Below, one piece after another: positions 1-9,527 of a DNA stretch of 64,000 nucleotides. Positions within the stretch are counted from its first letter, which is position 1, and each line of letters opens with the position of its first letter. The stretch comes from a virus, in IMG/VR virus record IMGVR_UViG_3300046779_001123, positions 9,972 to 73,971 of that record; one strand, given 5' to 3'. A model generated the notes under the pieces. That model was not told the origin of the DNA. It was given only the letters and a program-made list of their open reading frames with translations, and ran no database searches. The position numbers and the translations under genes were made by a program.

Positions 1-21
1 AGCAATAACCTACACCCAGGC

Positions 22-570
22 ATGATTATTCGTCCCGGCTTGGAAACATTTATACAGGACATGGTCAGTTTTGATCCATTGTATCTAGTGGACCACAATG
101 ACAATATGTTGTTTCCGGCTATGGTCGAGTTTCCGGATCAATATCGACGACGCTTGAGACCCTGCGCTGTCAATGAGCGTGATCAATCTTCGGCGATACT
201 GCATCGATTGCCAGACAATCAATTTGCCGTGTGCTTGGCTTATAACTTTTTTGAATTTAAACCACTGCCTGTGATTGAACGTTGGCTAACTGAAATATTT
301 GCCAAGCTCAAACCCGGCGGCAGATTGATGATGACATTTAACGATTGCGACAATGAAAAAGCTGTGCGCCTAGCTGAAAGCTATTATGCTTGTTATACGC
401 CAGGTCGCATGGTTCGAAAAATTGCCGAACAAATTGGATACGAAATCTACTTTGTTTGGAATGACAATGTTCCTACTACTTGGCTGGAATTGCAAAAACC
501 TGGAACATTGTCCACGCTGAGAGGCGGTCAAGCATTGGCAAAAGTTGTTCACTATCCTGAACAAAAATAA
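22..570 (+). CDS. Class I SAM-dependent methyltransferase-like protein; the N-terminus may lie upstream of the window
   Basis: LKPGGRLMMTF post-motif typical of Rossmann-fold MTases; ORF runs to the window edge. Confidence 0.45.
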   Translation: MIIRPGLETFIQDMVSFDPLYLVDHNDNMLFPAMVEFPDQYRRRLRPCAVNERDQSSAILHRLPDNQFAVCLAYNFFEFKPLPVIERWLTEIFAKLKPGGRLMMTFNDCDNEKAVRLAESYYACYTPGRMVRKIAEQIGYEIYFVWNDNVPTTWLELQKPGTLSTLRGGQALAKVVHYPEQK

Positions 571-627
571 TCAAAAGCTCTTGAAAAATCTAAATAAATC
601 TTGTAAACTTAATCATTAGGAGAAAAT

Positions 628-1350
628 ATGAAAGATCATCTACTTGACTTAGTAAGTCATACATACGACCTTGGCTGCATTGACTTGGTAAAAATCACGG
701 GCACAGACACTGAAACAACCATCAGCGGACTTGCAGAAGATCGCAGTGTGGTTGTCGAAGGACAGTTTGCTGGCCCTGTTGCTGAGTTTGTCGGCACATT
801 TGGTATGCCAAACTTGAACAAACTCAAGATCTTGCTCAATCTACAAGAATACAGAGAAAATGCCAAACTGAGCATTACTAAAAACAATGCCGGCGAACCC
901 GATGGGATTAACTTTGAAAATGCCGCAGGAGATTTTAAAAACAACTATCGCTTTATGACATCGTCAATCATCAACGAAAAGCTAAAGACTGTGAAGTTTA
1001 AAGGTGTTAACTGGCACATTGAATTCGAGCCCACAGTGGCAGCTATTCAACGATTGAAGATGCAGGCACAGGCCAACGCAGAAGAAACTGTGTTTCAGGC
1101 CAAAACTGAAAACGGTGATTTAAAATTTAGCTTTGGCGATCACTCTACCCACTCGGGAAACTTTGTGTTTGAACCTGGTGTCAAGGGTCAACTCAAACGT
1201 GCCTGGTCATGGCCTGTGGCCACAGTGATTGGCATCTTGAGTCTAACTGGTGACAAGGTAATGAAGATCAGCGATGATGGTGCTGCAATGATCACAGTCA
1301 ACTCCGGTATCGCTACTTACAACTACATTCTACCAGCACAAAGCAAGTGA
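628..1350 (+). CDS. Sliding clamp, T4 gp45-like
   Basis: ~240 aa; C-terminal GILSLTGDKVMKISDDGAAMI resembles T4 gp45 GILSLVNDDAEISQSEDGNIKI; AGGAG RBS upstream. Confidence 0.5.
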   Translation: MKDHLLDLVSHTYDLGCIDLVKITGTDTETTISGLAEDRSVVVEGQFAGPVAEFVGTFGMPNLNKLKILLNLQEYRENAKLSITKNNAGEPDGINFENAAGDFKNNYRFMTSSIINEKLKTVKFKGVNWHIEFEPTVAAIQRLKMQAQANAEETVFQAKTENGDLKFSFGDHSTHSGNFVFEPGVKGQLKRAWSWPVATVIGILSLTGDKVMKISDDGAAMITVNSGIATYNYILPAQSK

Positions 1351-2018
1351 TCGAACAATTACAAAAACGTGGTTATGGGTATGGCACAGGATTTTTAAGT
1401 CCTGGCTGTGCTCAATTTGTTGTTAGCATACCTAAAAATGCCAGTAGCTACATTCTAGACTGGTGTGGACACCACGGATGGACCAACGCCATCGTAGGTG
1501 ATGCATGTGATTGGAATAGAGTAGAAGAAGTTATTGTAGTTCTCAGAGATCCGTTGCAACGATGGGTCTCTGGTATAGGACAATACATAACCAGTTATAT
1601 TCTCAATGTCACAGGAGTATATGATTGGTCTACTGGACCGGGGCCCAATGATCAATTTATAACCGGTGACGAGTTTATTGCCAACTACAATCCTGTAGTC
1701 GAGCGAATGTTGTTTGACAATTTAGATCGCCACGACGATCATGTTTGGCCTCAGATTGAATTTTTTGAAAATGTGTTGCCCAGTATTCCAAGAAAATACT
1801 TCTACATTGACCAGGACTTCAACACTAAATTTAGCAAATACTTAAATTTCAAACACATAGATGGACTAGACAGCAATCAAGGAGATTCTAATCCGCATAC
1901 TGAAAAAGTTCAACAGTTTATCAAGAGCCGTCTAAATATTCGTCCGGAACTAAAGCAACGAGTGATAGATGCTTATGCTCGTGATTACAAATTAATAAAA
2001 GAAATATTCAATGTCTGA
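1347..2018 (+). CDS. Hypothetical protein with sulfotransferase-like motifs
   Basis: SIPKNASSY (5'-PSB-like) and VVLRDPLQRWVSG (3'-PB-like RDPxxxxVS) motifs; weak. Confidence 0.3.
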   Translation: MIEQLQKRGYGYGTGFLSPGCAQFVVSIPKNASSYILDWCGHHGWTNAIVGDACDWNRVEEVIVVLRDPLQRWVSGIGQYITSYILNVTGVYDWSTGPGPNDQFITGDEFIANYNPVVERMLFDNLDRHDDHVWPQIEFFENVLPSIPRKYFYIDQDFNTKFSKYLNFKHIDGLDSNQGDSNPHTEKVQQFIKSRLNIRPELKQRVIDAYARDYKLIKEIFNV

Positions 2019-3567
2019 ACAAGATAATCTAACTGCCAAGCAAAAGGACTACGCTGTATTCCTTCCGGCTATCAGTGGCTTTTACGCTACATTTATAGGA
2101 AAGCAAAGAAATGAACACTATGTTGATCCGGCGAGATTTCCACAGGGTCTTACTGATATGGAACAGCTTAATTGGCTCAACTCAACTAAGTCCTTGTTTC
2201 CATACAAGTGGAGCCTTTATAGTGGGGGACACGCCAACTTGGATCTTGCTAGACAAGATTGGAGCGAAGACATGGTGCGAAACAGAGAGGCCGGGTCATT
2301 TATACTGGGAGACTCTGGAGGGTTCCAGATTGCCAAGGGTCTTTGGGAAGGTGATTGGAAAGCCAACTCTGGTTGTCCCAAGGCTCAAAAGAAGCGTGAG
2401 CTGATTCTAAACTGGCTGGACAATGTTGCTGATTATGGTATGATTCTTGATATCCCAACTTGGGTTATCCATGACAAGAAAGCATCGGCTGCTTGCCAAA
2501 TTACTACTCTACAAGAAGCTGTAGATGCAACCAAGTTCAACAATGAATACTTCATGAAGCATCGTCGAGGTGTTGCCAATGGTGGTGCTCGTTTCTTAAA
2601 CGTGTTGCAAGGCGACAATCACACTTCAGCAGAGCAATGGTATCAGACCATGAAGGAATACTGCGATCCAGCAAAGTATCCAGACACACATTTTGACGGC
2701 TGGTCCATGGGCGGCCAGAACATGTGTGACGTTCACTTGGTATTAAAACGTCTAGTAGCACTACGCTACGATAACTTGTTGCAACAGGGCAAACACGATT
2801 GGATGCACTTCTTGGGCACAAGTAAATTAGAGTGGGCAGTGTTGCTCACAGTTATTCAACGAGCTGTAAGAAAATATGTCAACCCTGCTTTTACTATTAG
2901 TTTTGATTGCGCTAGTCCATTCCTTGCAACGGCGAACGGGCAAGTCTATTTTGAAAACGTCTTTGAGCACGATTCTAAGTGGAGCTACCGAATGGCGCCA
3001 TCGGCAGACGACAAAAAATACGCCACAGACACCCGACCCTGGGGCCAAGGAGTAGTCCAAGACGGTATCTACGAACGTTGGCAAGATTCACCAATTAGTT
3101 CAATGCTGACAATGAAGGATATCTGCATTTACAAACCCGGAGACTTAAACAAGATCGGCAAAGAAGGCAAGACATCTTGGGATAGTTTCTCGTATGCCTT
3201 GCTTATGGGACACAATGTCTACATGCACTTGACTGCTGTTCAAGAAGCCAACCGACGTTTTGATGCCGGTGAGTATCCTGCTATGATGCGTCGTAGCACT
3301 GGCGATTATGCTAAATTCGAAGACATTGTTGAAGCAATCTTTGCAGCGCCGGATCGTCAGTCTGCTGAAGAAATCATCGAACTGTATAGTGGATATTGGA
3401 TGGAGATTGTGGGCACACGAGGATTCAAAGGCAAAAAGACCATGAATGCTCGAACACAATTCAACGCATTGTTTGATTTCGAAGAACCTGAGGTTGCAGA
3501 GGTGGCCGAAGATAGTGTAGAATTAGATACAACAGCATTAGATAAACTTGAAAATGAACAGACCTGA
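2011..3567 (+). CDS. dpdA: DpdA-like DNA-guanine transglycosylase (TGT superfamily) with acidic C-terminal tail
   Basis: LGDSGGFQ catalytic motif identical to TGT LTDSGGFQ; ISFDCASP ~ TGT MFDCV; no TGT zinc CxCxxC site. Confidence 0.75.
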   Translation: MSEQDNLTAKQKDYAVFLPAISGFYATFIGKQRNEHYVDPARFPQGLTDMEQLNWLNSTKSLFPYKWSLYSGGHANLDLARQDWSEDMVRNREAGSFILGDSGGFQIAKGLWEGDWKANSGCPKAQKKRELILNWLDNVADYGMILDIPTWVIHDKKASAACQITTLQEAVDATKFNNEYFMKHRRGVANGGARFLNVLQGDNHTSAEQWYQTMKEYCDPAKYPDTHFDGWSMGGQNMCDVHLVLKRLVALRYDNLLQQGKHDWMHFLGTSKLEWAVLLTVIQRAVRKYVNPAFTISFDCASPFLATANGQVYFENVFEHDSKWSYRMAPSADDKKYATDTRPWGQGVVQDGIYERWQDSPISSMLTMKDICIYKPGDLNKIGKEGKTSWDSFSYALLMGHNVYMHLTAVQEANRRFDAGEYPAMMRRSTGDYAKFEDIVEAIFAAPDRQSAEEIIELYSGYWMEIVGTRGFKGKKTMNARTQFNALFDFEEPEVAEVAEDSVELDTTALDKLENEQT

Positions 3568-4063
3568 ACACGATAACATAGACTTCTTTACAGGTATTGA
3601 AGTGGAACATACTCCTGCATACGGCATGGATACACTGTTTGTAATCGGTGTGCAACCGTTTAGCGAAATCACGCCTAGACTCAAAACCCCAGGGCAACAT
3701 ATCTATTTCGGTGCTAACCAAAGTTTTCCTAACCTAAAAGTCAATGACGGTGCAGAGTGGGCTAAGTGGGAACGTATGATTTATCACTATTTGGATATGG
3801 GCTATTGGTGCACCTTGGACATTGATATTTCGTGTGTGGAAGGTTTATTAGAATCTGGGCTGTGCGAGAACTCGCGCTTCATTCCAATGATTTCTGCCAA
3901 GCTGCCTTATATCGGTCAACTTGGCTACAATGCCACTCTCAAACTAGATGACAAAGACTTTAAAGCAACTAATCCAGGTGTATGGTGTCATAGTATACAT
4001 TCATTAATGGACCGTCACAACTTTACCGACTGGTCTAAATATACCAAAGATCAACCACTATGA
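3548..4063 (+). CDS. Hypothetical protein
   Basis: ORF overlapping the dpdA stop; no recognisable motif. Confidence 0.4.
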   Translation: MKMNRPEHDNIDFFTGIEVEHTPAYGMDTLFVIGVQPFSEITPRLKTPGQHIYFGANQSFPNLKVNDGAEWAKWERMIYHYLDMGYWCTLDIDISCVEGLLESGLCENSRFIPMISAKLPYIGQLGYNATLKLDDKDFKATNPGVWCHSIHSLMDRHNFTDWSKYTKDQPL

Positions 4064-4329
4064 TTAAATGGTTTAAAAGAAAAATTCTTCACTGGGCGTG
4101 GGATATAGACGAGGAGCCCATTGAAGTAGGTCGCAATGGTCGATGCCTTGAATCAGATTACATTCGTATCGACATCTATCGCGGCGAAGGCGGTCTTGCT
4201 GTAGAAACGCTGATCTACAACAAGAAAAAAGATATAAATCACATCGGCTTTCACATTGTCCACGACGACGAAGAACTCGGCAATAGACTTAGTAAAATTA
4301 TCACAGCAGAAAGTATCAAATCACTATGA
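4060..4329 (+). CDS. Hypothetical protein
   Basis: ATGA start/stop overlap with the upstream ORF. Confidence 0.35.
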   Translation: MIKWFKRKILHWAWDIDEEPIEVGRNGRCLESDYIRIDIYRGEGGLAVETLIYNKKKDINHIGFHIVHDDEELGNRLSKIITAESIKSL

Positions 4330-4769
4330 CACAATCAGAACGAGAACAAATTGAACGAATTAAAGAAAAAGCAGAACGCAAGATCTGGGTCACATTCCGC
4401 AAAGAAGGAATTCACAAATACCCTGCCGCAGCTACTGATCCGCTACTGGCGACCGGCGATGAATACGATGTTAGTTTTCTTGGTGTGCCTCACCGCCATA
4501 TATTCCATTTTCGAGTCTGGATCGATGTATTCCACAACGACCGAGATGTTGAGTTCATCCAATTTAAGCGATGGCTTGAAAATCTTTACAGAGACGGAAC
4601 TCTCCAACTCGACTTCAAGTCATGCGAAATGATGAGCGACGATTTGTATGTAAAGATTGCAGAACGCTATCCCAATCGCGCTGTATGGATCGAAGTGGCC
4701 GAAGACGGAGAAAACGGCGCACTGATCAAATACGAACTTTCTTATCCTGCACAATCAATTACAGTATAA
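4326..4769 (+). CDS. Hypothetical protein
   Basis: Tightly packed ORF; no assignable motif (contains His-rich VPHRHIFHF). Confidence 0.4.
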   Translation: MTQSEREQIERIKEKAERKIWVTFRKEGIHKYPAAATDPLLATGDEYDVSFLGVPHRHIFHFRVWIDVFHNDRDVEFIQFKRWLENLYRDGTLQLDFKSCEMMSDDLYVKIAERYPNRAVWIEVAEDGENGALIKYELSYPAQSITV

Positions 4770-5365
4770 TGACTGCACTTGTTATTGCCTATCCGCCGTC
4801 GGGTGGAGGCAATCATCTTAAAAACATTCTGTGCCTTGACTCAAGTTTTGGTAACAGCAGTGATCTCAACGTTGAAGTTTACACTCGCGGTGAAAGAGAA
4901 GTTCATTCCACACCTGGAAGAAATGTGTCCGCTGAACGAGTAATAGCCGCTGCCAATGATCCGCATCATGAACACATTATCCATGGGCACTTCGGCGAGT
5001 TGGCTACCCAGCGAGATCAAATCAACGCTATCGTAGACAAGAAGTTTGTTGTTATAACTATTGCCACTCCACGAGATAGATACTTGCTCAATATTCGTCA
5101 GAATAGACTAGGGCAAATGAGTCACGAATATTACTTAAACGAAGAACAACTTTACCTTTATCAACCGTATTTTTACCAAACTTACTTTACAGGGTTGCCG
5201 CAAAACATTTATACTATAGCATTAAATGACTTCTGGCATCCCGATTTAAACGAATATAAAATTGTTCAACAACTCAACACTTTTCTAAATAAGAACGTTG
5301 ATCAAGAACAAGCACAGTTTTTACATAACCATTGGCACAAAAACAATCAAATTGATTTTTATTGA
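4769..5365 (+). CDS. Hypothetical protein
   Basis: Start trimmed to the ATG overlapping the upstream stop (TAATG); ORF track 4622..5365. Confidence 0.4.
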   Translation: MTALVIAYPPSGGGNHLKNILCLDSSFGNSSDLNVEVYTRGEREVHSTPGRNVSAERVIAAANDPHHEHIIHGHFGELATQRDQINAIVDKKFVVITIATPRDRYLLNIRQNRLGQMSHEYYLNEEQLYLYQPYFYQTYFTGLPQNIYTIALNDFWHPDLNEYKIVQQLNTFLNKNVDQEQAQFLHNHWHKNNQIDFY

Positions 5366-5376
5366 AAGGAAATATC

Positions 5377-5598
5377 ATGGCCAAAATCGCAATCAAACCC
5401 AATGCTCGCGCACAACAATGTCTTGAAGACTTAGACCGGTTCCGCGAGTTTGTAGCCGAATATGGCTACAGATTCAACGAAGCTGACTTGTATAACTTCA
5501 AAAGTTATGCATGGCAGCAATATTCTAAATACACCACAGGTAAAACTGTAAAAGACATGTGGGCCGAAGACGCTCGTAGACTTGGGCGATTGATCTAA
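5377..5598 (+). CDS. Hypothetical small protein
   Basis: AAAGGA RBS before ATG 5377. Confidence 0.4.
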   Translation: MAKIAIKPNARAQQCLEDLDRFREFVAEYGYRFNEADLYNFKSYAWQQYSKYTTGKTVKDMWAEDARRLGRLI

Positions 5599-5600
5599 TC

Positions 5601-6056
5601 ATGGGTGCCGCAAGAGAACCCGACCAGGCGGACTTTGACTTAGACCGCTTTGTTGATATGTTTGACGAAGCGATGACAAGCCAGGATCCGCGTGTGGTTG
5701 AAACATTACGCAAGTTAATGATGATTGTGACATTGACACGACCAGAGACACACAACGAGCAAGGTCGTAGATCTGGACCGTTGAGAAGATTGTTCGAGGA
5801 CATGAACGATCTAAATAGAGCTATGAATCGCATGCAGGAGGAACTTCACATTATCTCTAACGAAGTTCGTCGTAGTTCACAACCATATCGCTGGGAAGCC
5901 GAAGACAAGTATACCTTGGCGGCGTCAGCAAAAATGGCCTCTCAGATCGATCATGATGTGTTGAATCAACTGAGACAACAACAAATTCAAGCCGCCAAAG
6001 TAATCAACGGTGGCTTGAACTTGGGTCCAGAGACTAAAGCAAAAGGACTTAAATGA
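5601..6056 (+). CDS. Hypothetical protein
   Basis: 151-aa ORF in the operon. Confidence 0.4.
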   Translation: MGAAREPDQADFDLDRFVDMFDEAMTSQDPRVVETLRKLMMIVTLTRPETHNEQGRRSGPLRRLFEDMNDLNRAMNRMQEELHIISNEVRRSSQPYRWEAEDKYTLAASAKMASQIDHDVLNQLRQQQIQAAKVINGGLNLGPETKAKGLK

Positions 6057-7243
6057 GAAAACTATACTACATGGGCTTGGAAAGCTATGAAGCCCGTTAC
6101 ACACTACAACTAACAGAATGGAACCGTCGTGTGTTTGAGCGCCGCGGTCTAGACGTTGTTTATGTTCCTGGCACTACAATTGACAACACACAAGCTATCT
6201 CCGTAGGGCAAGTGTTGGACGCACACGGTCGCAGTTATTTTGCCATGAGCCAAATGATGAACTTGGTTCAAATGATGAAGAACGGCGAAGTCACAGAGTC
6301 CGACGTTATTTACTTTGAAGACATGTTCCAGCCCGGCTTCGAAAGTCTTGGTTATATCATGAATCAAATTCCGCCAGGACATTGCCCACGTATCTATGTG
6401 CGTTGTTTGGCACAGGCCATTGACCCCGATGACTTTGTGCATGTGTGGGGCTTGCAGAAGTGGATGAATTTATATGAGCATATGGTCAATGAAATGGTGG
6501 CGTTCTCTGGTGGAGCCGTTCTGGCAACCAACGAGGAAATGGTGGCTCACATGCGGATTGCTGGCTGGACTGCTCCGATCTACAACATTTCCGGCCTGGC
6601 ATTTGGCAAATCAGAAGTTCTTGAGCGACTGGGCGGCAAAGAAAACATCCGTCCGTTTAATCAGCGTACCAGGAGGGTGGGTTTCGCAGCAAGATTCGAC
6701 CAAGAAAAGCAACCTGGCTTTTACATGGACCTTGCTGAAGAGTATCAAAAGAGATATCCTGGCACAGAGTTCGCTATATTTCAGGGTGGTCCGCTACGCT
6801 CCAACAATCAAGCGTATGTTGACAGAGCAAGAAATCTCGAGGCTAGCGGCAAGATTAAAATCTACGAGAATCTAAGCAAAAATGATTACTATAATCTACT
6901 CAATGATACTTGCGTTCTATTTAACTGTGCTTTACAAGACTGGGTTTCGAACACTGTGTCGGAAGCAGATAGTCTTGGTTGTAATGTGCTGTATCCTGCT
7001 TATCGGAGTTTCCCAGAAACTTTTGCCAATGATCCAGAACGCTTATACATCCCCTGGAGCCAGGATGATGCAATTCGTAAACTAGAAATGTTAATGACAG
7101 GACTGCACCCAAATGCTGGCAAGATTAGTGACTGGAACGATGGATGTGTTGACCGCATTGTTGATATTATTACTGGCATGGGCAGTCAATGGGATCGGTC
7201 GGGCAACCGTTATCGTGATCACGTTGCTGGGGCAAAATACTAA
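6053..7243 (+). CDS. Putative glycosyltransferase (GT-B-like)
   Basis: ~396 aa, N-terminus MRKLYYMGLE weakly resembles phage alpha-glucosyltransferase; C-terminal KIKIYENLS...CNVLYP resembles GT-B C-domain; weak. Confidence 0.35.
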   Translation: MRKLYYMGLESYEARYTLQLTEWNRRVFERRGLDVVYVPGTTIDNTQAISVGQVLDAHGRSYFAMSQMMNLVQMMKNGEVTESDVIYFEDMFQPGFESLGYIMNQIPPGHCPRIYVRCLAQAIDPDDFVHVWGLQKWMNLYEHMVNEMVAFSGGAVLATNEEMVAHMRIAGWTAPIYNISGLAFGKSEVLERLGGKENIRPFNQRTRRVGFAARFDQEKQPGFYMDLAEEYQKRYPGTEFAIFQGGPLRSNNQAYVDRARNLEASGKIKIYENLSKNDYYNLLNDTCVLFNCALQDWVSNTVSEADSLGCNVLYPAYRSFPETFANDPERLYIPWSQDDAIRKLEMLMTGLHPNAGKISDWNDGCVDRIVDIITGMGSQWDRSGNRYRDHVAGAKY

Positions 7244-8191
7244 ATGTCAACTGTAATTGTCACCGGCTCAGCTGGATACATTGGCGGACAAACTGCCCTG
7301 TTGTTAAAAGACGCAGGGCACGAAGTCTATGGCATTGACCGTAGAGAACCGCCACGGCATCTAGCAGGTGTTGTAGATGGGTTCTTGTATCAAGATTTTG
7401 CCAGTGATGTGGCATTAAGCTGGATTATACAAAAACAACCCACGGCTATCGTTCACTGTGCCGGCACCAGTCTCGTTGGCCCTAGTGTTGAGAACCCTGC
7501 AGAGTATTACAACAACAATGTAGTTAAGACACTGAAGTTGTTGGATATTGTTCGCAAGAGTTTGCCAAGAACAAGAATTATTTTTAGTTCTAGTGCTGCA
7601 ACTTACGGCGAGCCTGTAATGACTCCCATTGACGAATCATTCCCTGAATTGCCTGTAAGTCCTTACGGCGAAAGCAAGTATATAATTGACATGATGTTGC
7701 AATCGTACCATAAGGCCTATGGGTTGGACTATGTGTCATTCCGCTACTTCAATGCTTGTGGTGCCGATCCTAAAGGTAGGCATGGTCAAGAGCCTGGCGC
7801 CACACATTTAATTGCTCGCTTCTTAGAAGCAGCAAGAGATCAAGGAACGTTTAAAGTTTATGGAGTTGATTATCCTACTAGTGATGGTACTTGTGTTCGC
7901 GATTACGTGCATGTGGATGATATCGCCCGAGCCCACGCTTTGGCAATCTATCACAAAGTCCCTGCGGGCGTCTACAACCTTGGATCAAATCAAGGACACA
8001 CGGTCAAACAAGTAATAGAACGTGCAATGGCTATCACCGGCAAGCGGCCCGAGATTCAGTTTGGTGCTGCACGACCCGGCGATCCTGCTAAGTTAACAGC
8101 CACCGCAGCTAAGTTTGATTTGTTAGCAGGCGCTTGGAGACATTATACATTGGATGACATGATCCAACATGCATGGAACTGGTATGTTTGA
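7244..8191 (+). CDS. galE: UDP-glucose 4-epimerase / NAD-dependent epimerase-dehydratase
   Basis: VTGSAGYIGG Rossmann motif, YGESK catalytic YxxxK, RYFN. Confidence 0.85.
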   Translation: MSTVIVTGSAGYIGGQTALLLKDAGHEVYGIDRREPPRHLAGVVDGFLYQDFASDVALSWIIQKQPTAIVHCAGTSLVGPSVENPAEYYNNNVVKTLKLLDIVRKSLPRTRIIFSSSAATYGEPVMTPIDESFPELPVSPYGESKYIIDMMLQSYHKAYGLDYVSFRYFNACGADPKGRHGQEPGATHLIARFLEAARDQGTFKVYGVDYPTSDGTCVRDYVHVDDIARAHALAIYHKVPAGVYNLGSNQGHTVKQVIERAMAITGKRPEIQFGAARPGDPAKLTATAAKFDLLAGAWRHYTLDDMIQHAWNWYV

Positions 8192-8789
8192 AAAAATTAA
8201 AGAATTTGAAACAAAGCTCGCAGAGTTTACTGGATCTCCGTATGCAATTATGACTGATTGTTGCACACACGCTATTGAAATGTGTTTGCGATATGACCAA
8301 ATTACAGATTGCTCTTTTACACCTTACACCTATTTGAGCATTCCTATGACTATGCACAAGTTAGGAATTGAGTATAGCTATTTTCCAGATCATTTGCCGC
8401 ACAGGCAACAATGGACAGGTGAATACAAATTTGAAGGTACACGTATTTGGGACTCTGCTCGTAGATTAGAACGCAACATGTATCGCCCTGGTCAGATGCA
8501 ATGTTTGAGTTTTGGACATACTAAGCCTTTACATATCGGCCATGGTGGTGCTATACTGTTGGATGACAAGCGGGCGTATGATGACATAATTCGTATGCGA
8601 TACGACGGTCGCGATCTAAATATATCGCCCTGGGCAGAACAAAAGGTATTTTATGTTGGATACCATTACAAACCAAGCATTGAAGATGCTATTCAAGGCA
8701 TAGCATTGTTGGTCGGGCTTGAGGAGTATTGCCCTGAACCTAAATTTGTTCAATATCCAGATCTAAGACAAATCATTATTAAGGACTAA
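8184..8789 (+). CDS. Shortened DegT/DnrJ/EryC1-family PLP-dependent sugar aminotransferase-like protein
   Basis: FETKLAEFTGSPYAIMT and SFGHTKPLHIGHGGAIL match DegT blocks including the PLP lysine; only ~200 aa against ~370 expected. Confidence 0.45.
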   Translation: MFEKIKEFETKLAEFTGSPYAIMTDCCTHAIEMCLRYDQITDCSFTPYTYLSIPMTMHKLGIEYSYFPDHLPHRQQWTGEYKFEGTRIWDSARRLERNMYRPGQMQCLSFGHTKPLHIGHGGAILLDDKRAYDDIIRMRYDGRDLNISPWAEQKVFYVGYHYKPSIEDAIQGIALLVGLEEYCPEPKFVQYPDLRQIIIKD

Positions 8790-8790
8790 A

Positions 8791-9492
8791 ATGACAGACA
8801 ACAGTTTGAATCTATCACAAGCAATTCGCAATCAAATGAAATCACAAGGCAAGCGTTTCTGGGCCGGCGACAACATCAGCGACTATGTTGATGAAGAACA
8901 AAAACAAGTTCTAATCAACGAAGCAACCGTGGCGTTTGAGCAGGTTTTAGATGCACTATTAATCGACAGAGAAAATGATCCAAACTCTAAAGGCACAGCA
9001 AGACGACTTGCAAAAATGTATTTCAATGAAATCATGGCTGGCAGGTATGAGGAGAGCCCTTCAGCAACGGCGTTTCCTAATGACACAGAAGGAGCATATG
9101 AAGGTATGCTGGTGGTGCGTTCGGAGCTTAAAAGCATGTGTAGCCACCATCACCAACCTGTTACGGGTGTGGCTTATATTGGAATCATTGCTGGTCCCAA
9201 ACTCATTGGCCTATCAAAATACACTCGCATTGCGCAATGGTGTGCCCGTCGAGGAACGTTACAGGAAGAGCTGTGTATGGATATCGCTAGAGAAATTGAA
9301 ACAGCAACTGGATCCAAAGACGTTGCAGTTTATATCCAAGCTACCCACGGATGCTGTGAGAATCGTGGTATTATGGCACACTCTAGTCTTACACAAACCA
9401 CAGTTCTACACGGTGCATTTAAAACAGATGCAGGCGTGAAAAAAGAGTTTTTTGACAACATCAAACTGCAACAGGACTTTGCGCCGCGCTAA
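8791..9492 (+). CDS. folE: GTP cyclohydrolase I
   Basis: SMCSHHH, GLSKYTRIAQWCARR, QEELCMDIA, ATHGCCENRG match FolE blocks. Confidence 0.8.
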   Translation: MTDNSLNLSQAIRNQMKSQGKRFWAGDNISDYVDEEQKQVLINEATVAFEQVLDALLIDRENDPNSKGTARRLAKMYFNEIMAGRYEESPSATAFPNDTEGAYEGMLVVRSELKSMCSHHHQPVTGVAYIGIIAGPKLIGLSKYTRIAQWCARRGTLQEELCMDIAREIETATGSKDVAVYIQATHGCCENRGIMAHSSLTQTTVLHGAFKTDAGVKKEFFDNIKLQQDFAPR

Positions 9493-9521
9493 TTGACCAA
9501 TAAATTCCAATCTGCTATAAT
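9493..9521 (+). promoter_or_regulatory. Sigma70-like promoter (TTGACC-17-TATAAT) of the conserved extended family
   Basis: TTGACCAATAAATTCCAATCTGCTATAAT. Confidence 0.55.
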
Positions 9522-9527
9522 AGGTGC

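Noticed and set aside
4622-4768. Extended N-terminus of ORF 4622..5365 overlapping ORF 4326..4769
   Set aside because: A 148-nt overlap in a different frame is implausible. It was trimmed to the ATG at 4769 that overlaps the upstream stop.
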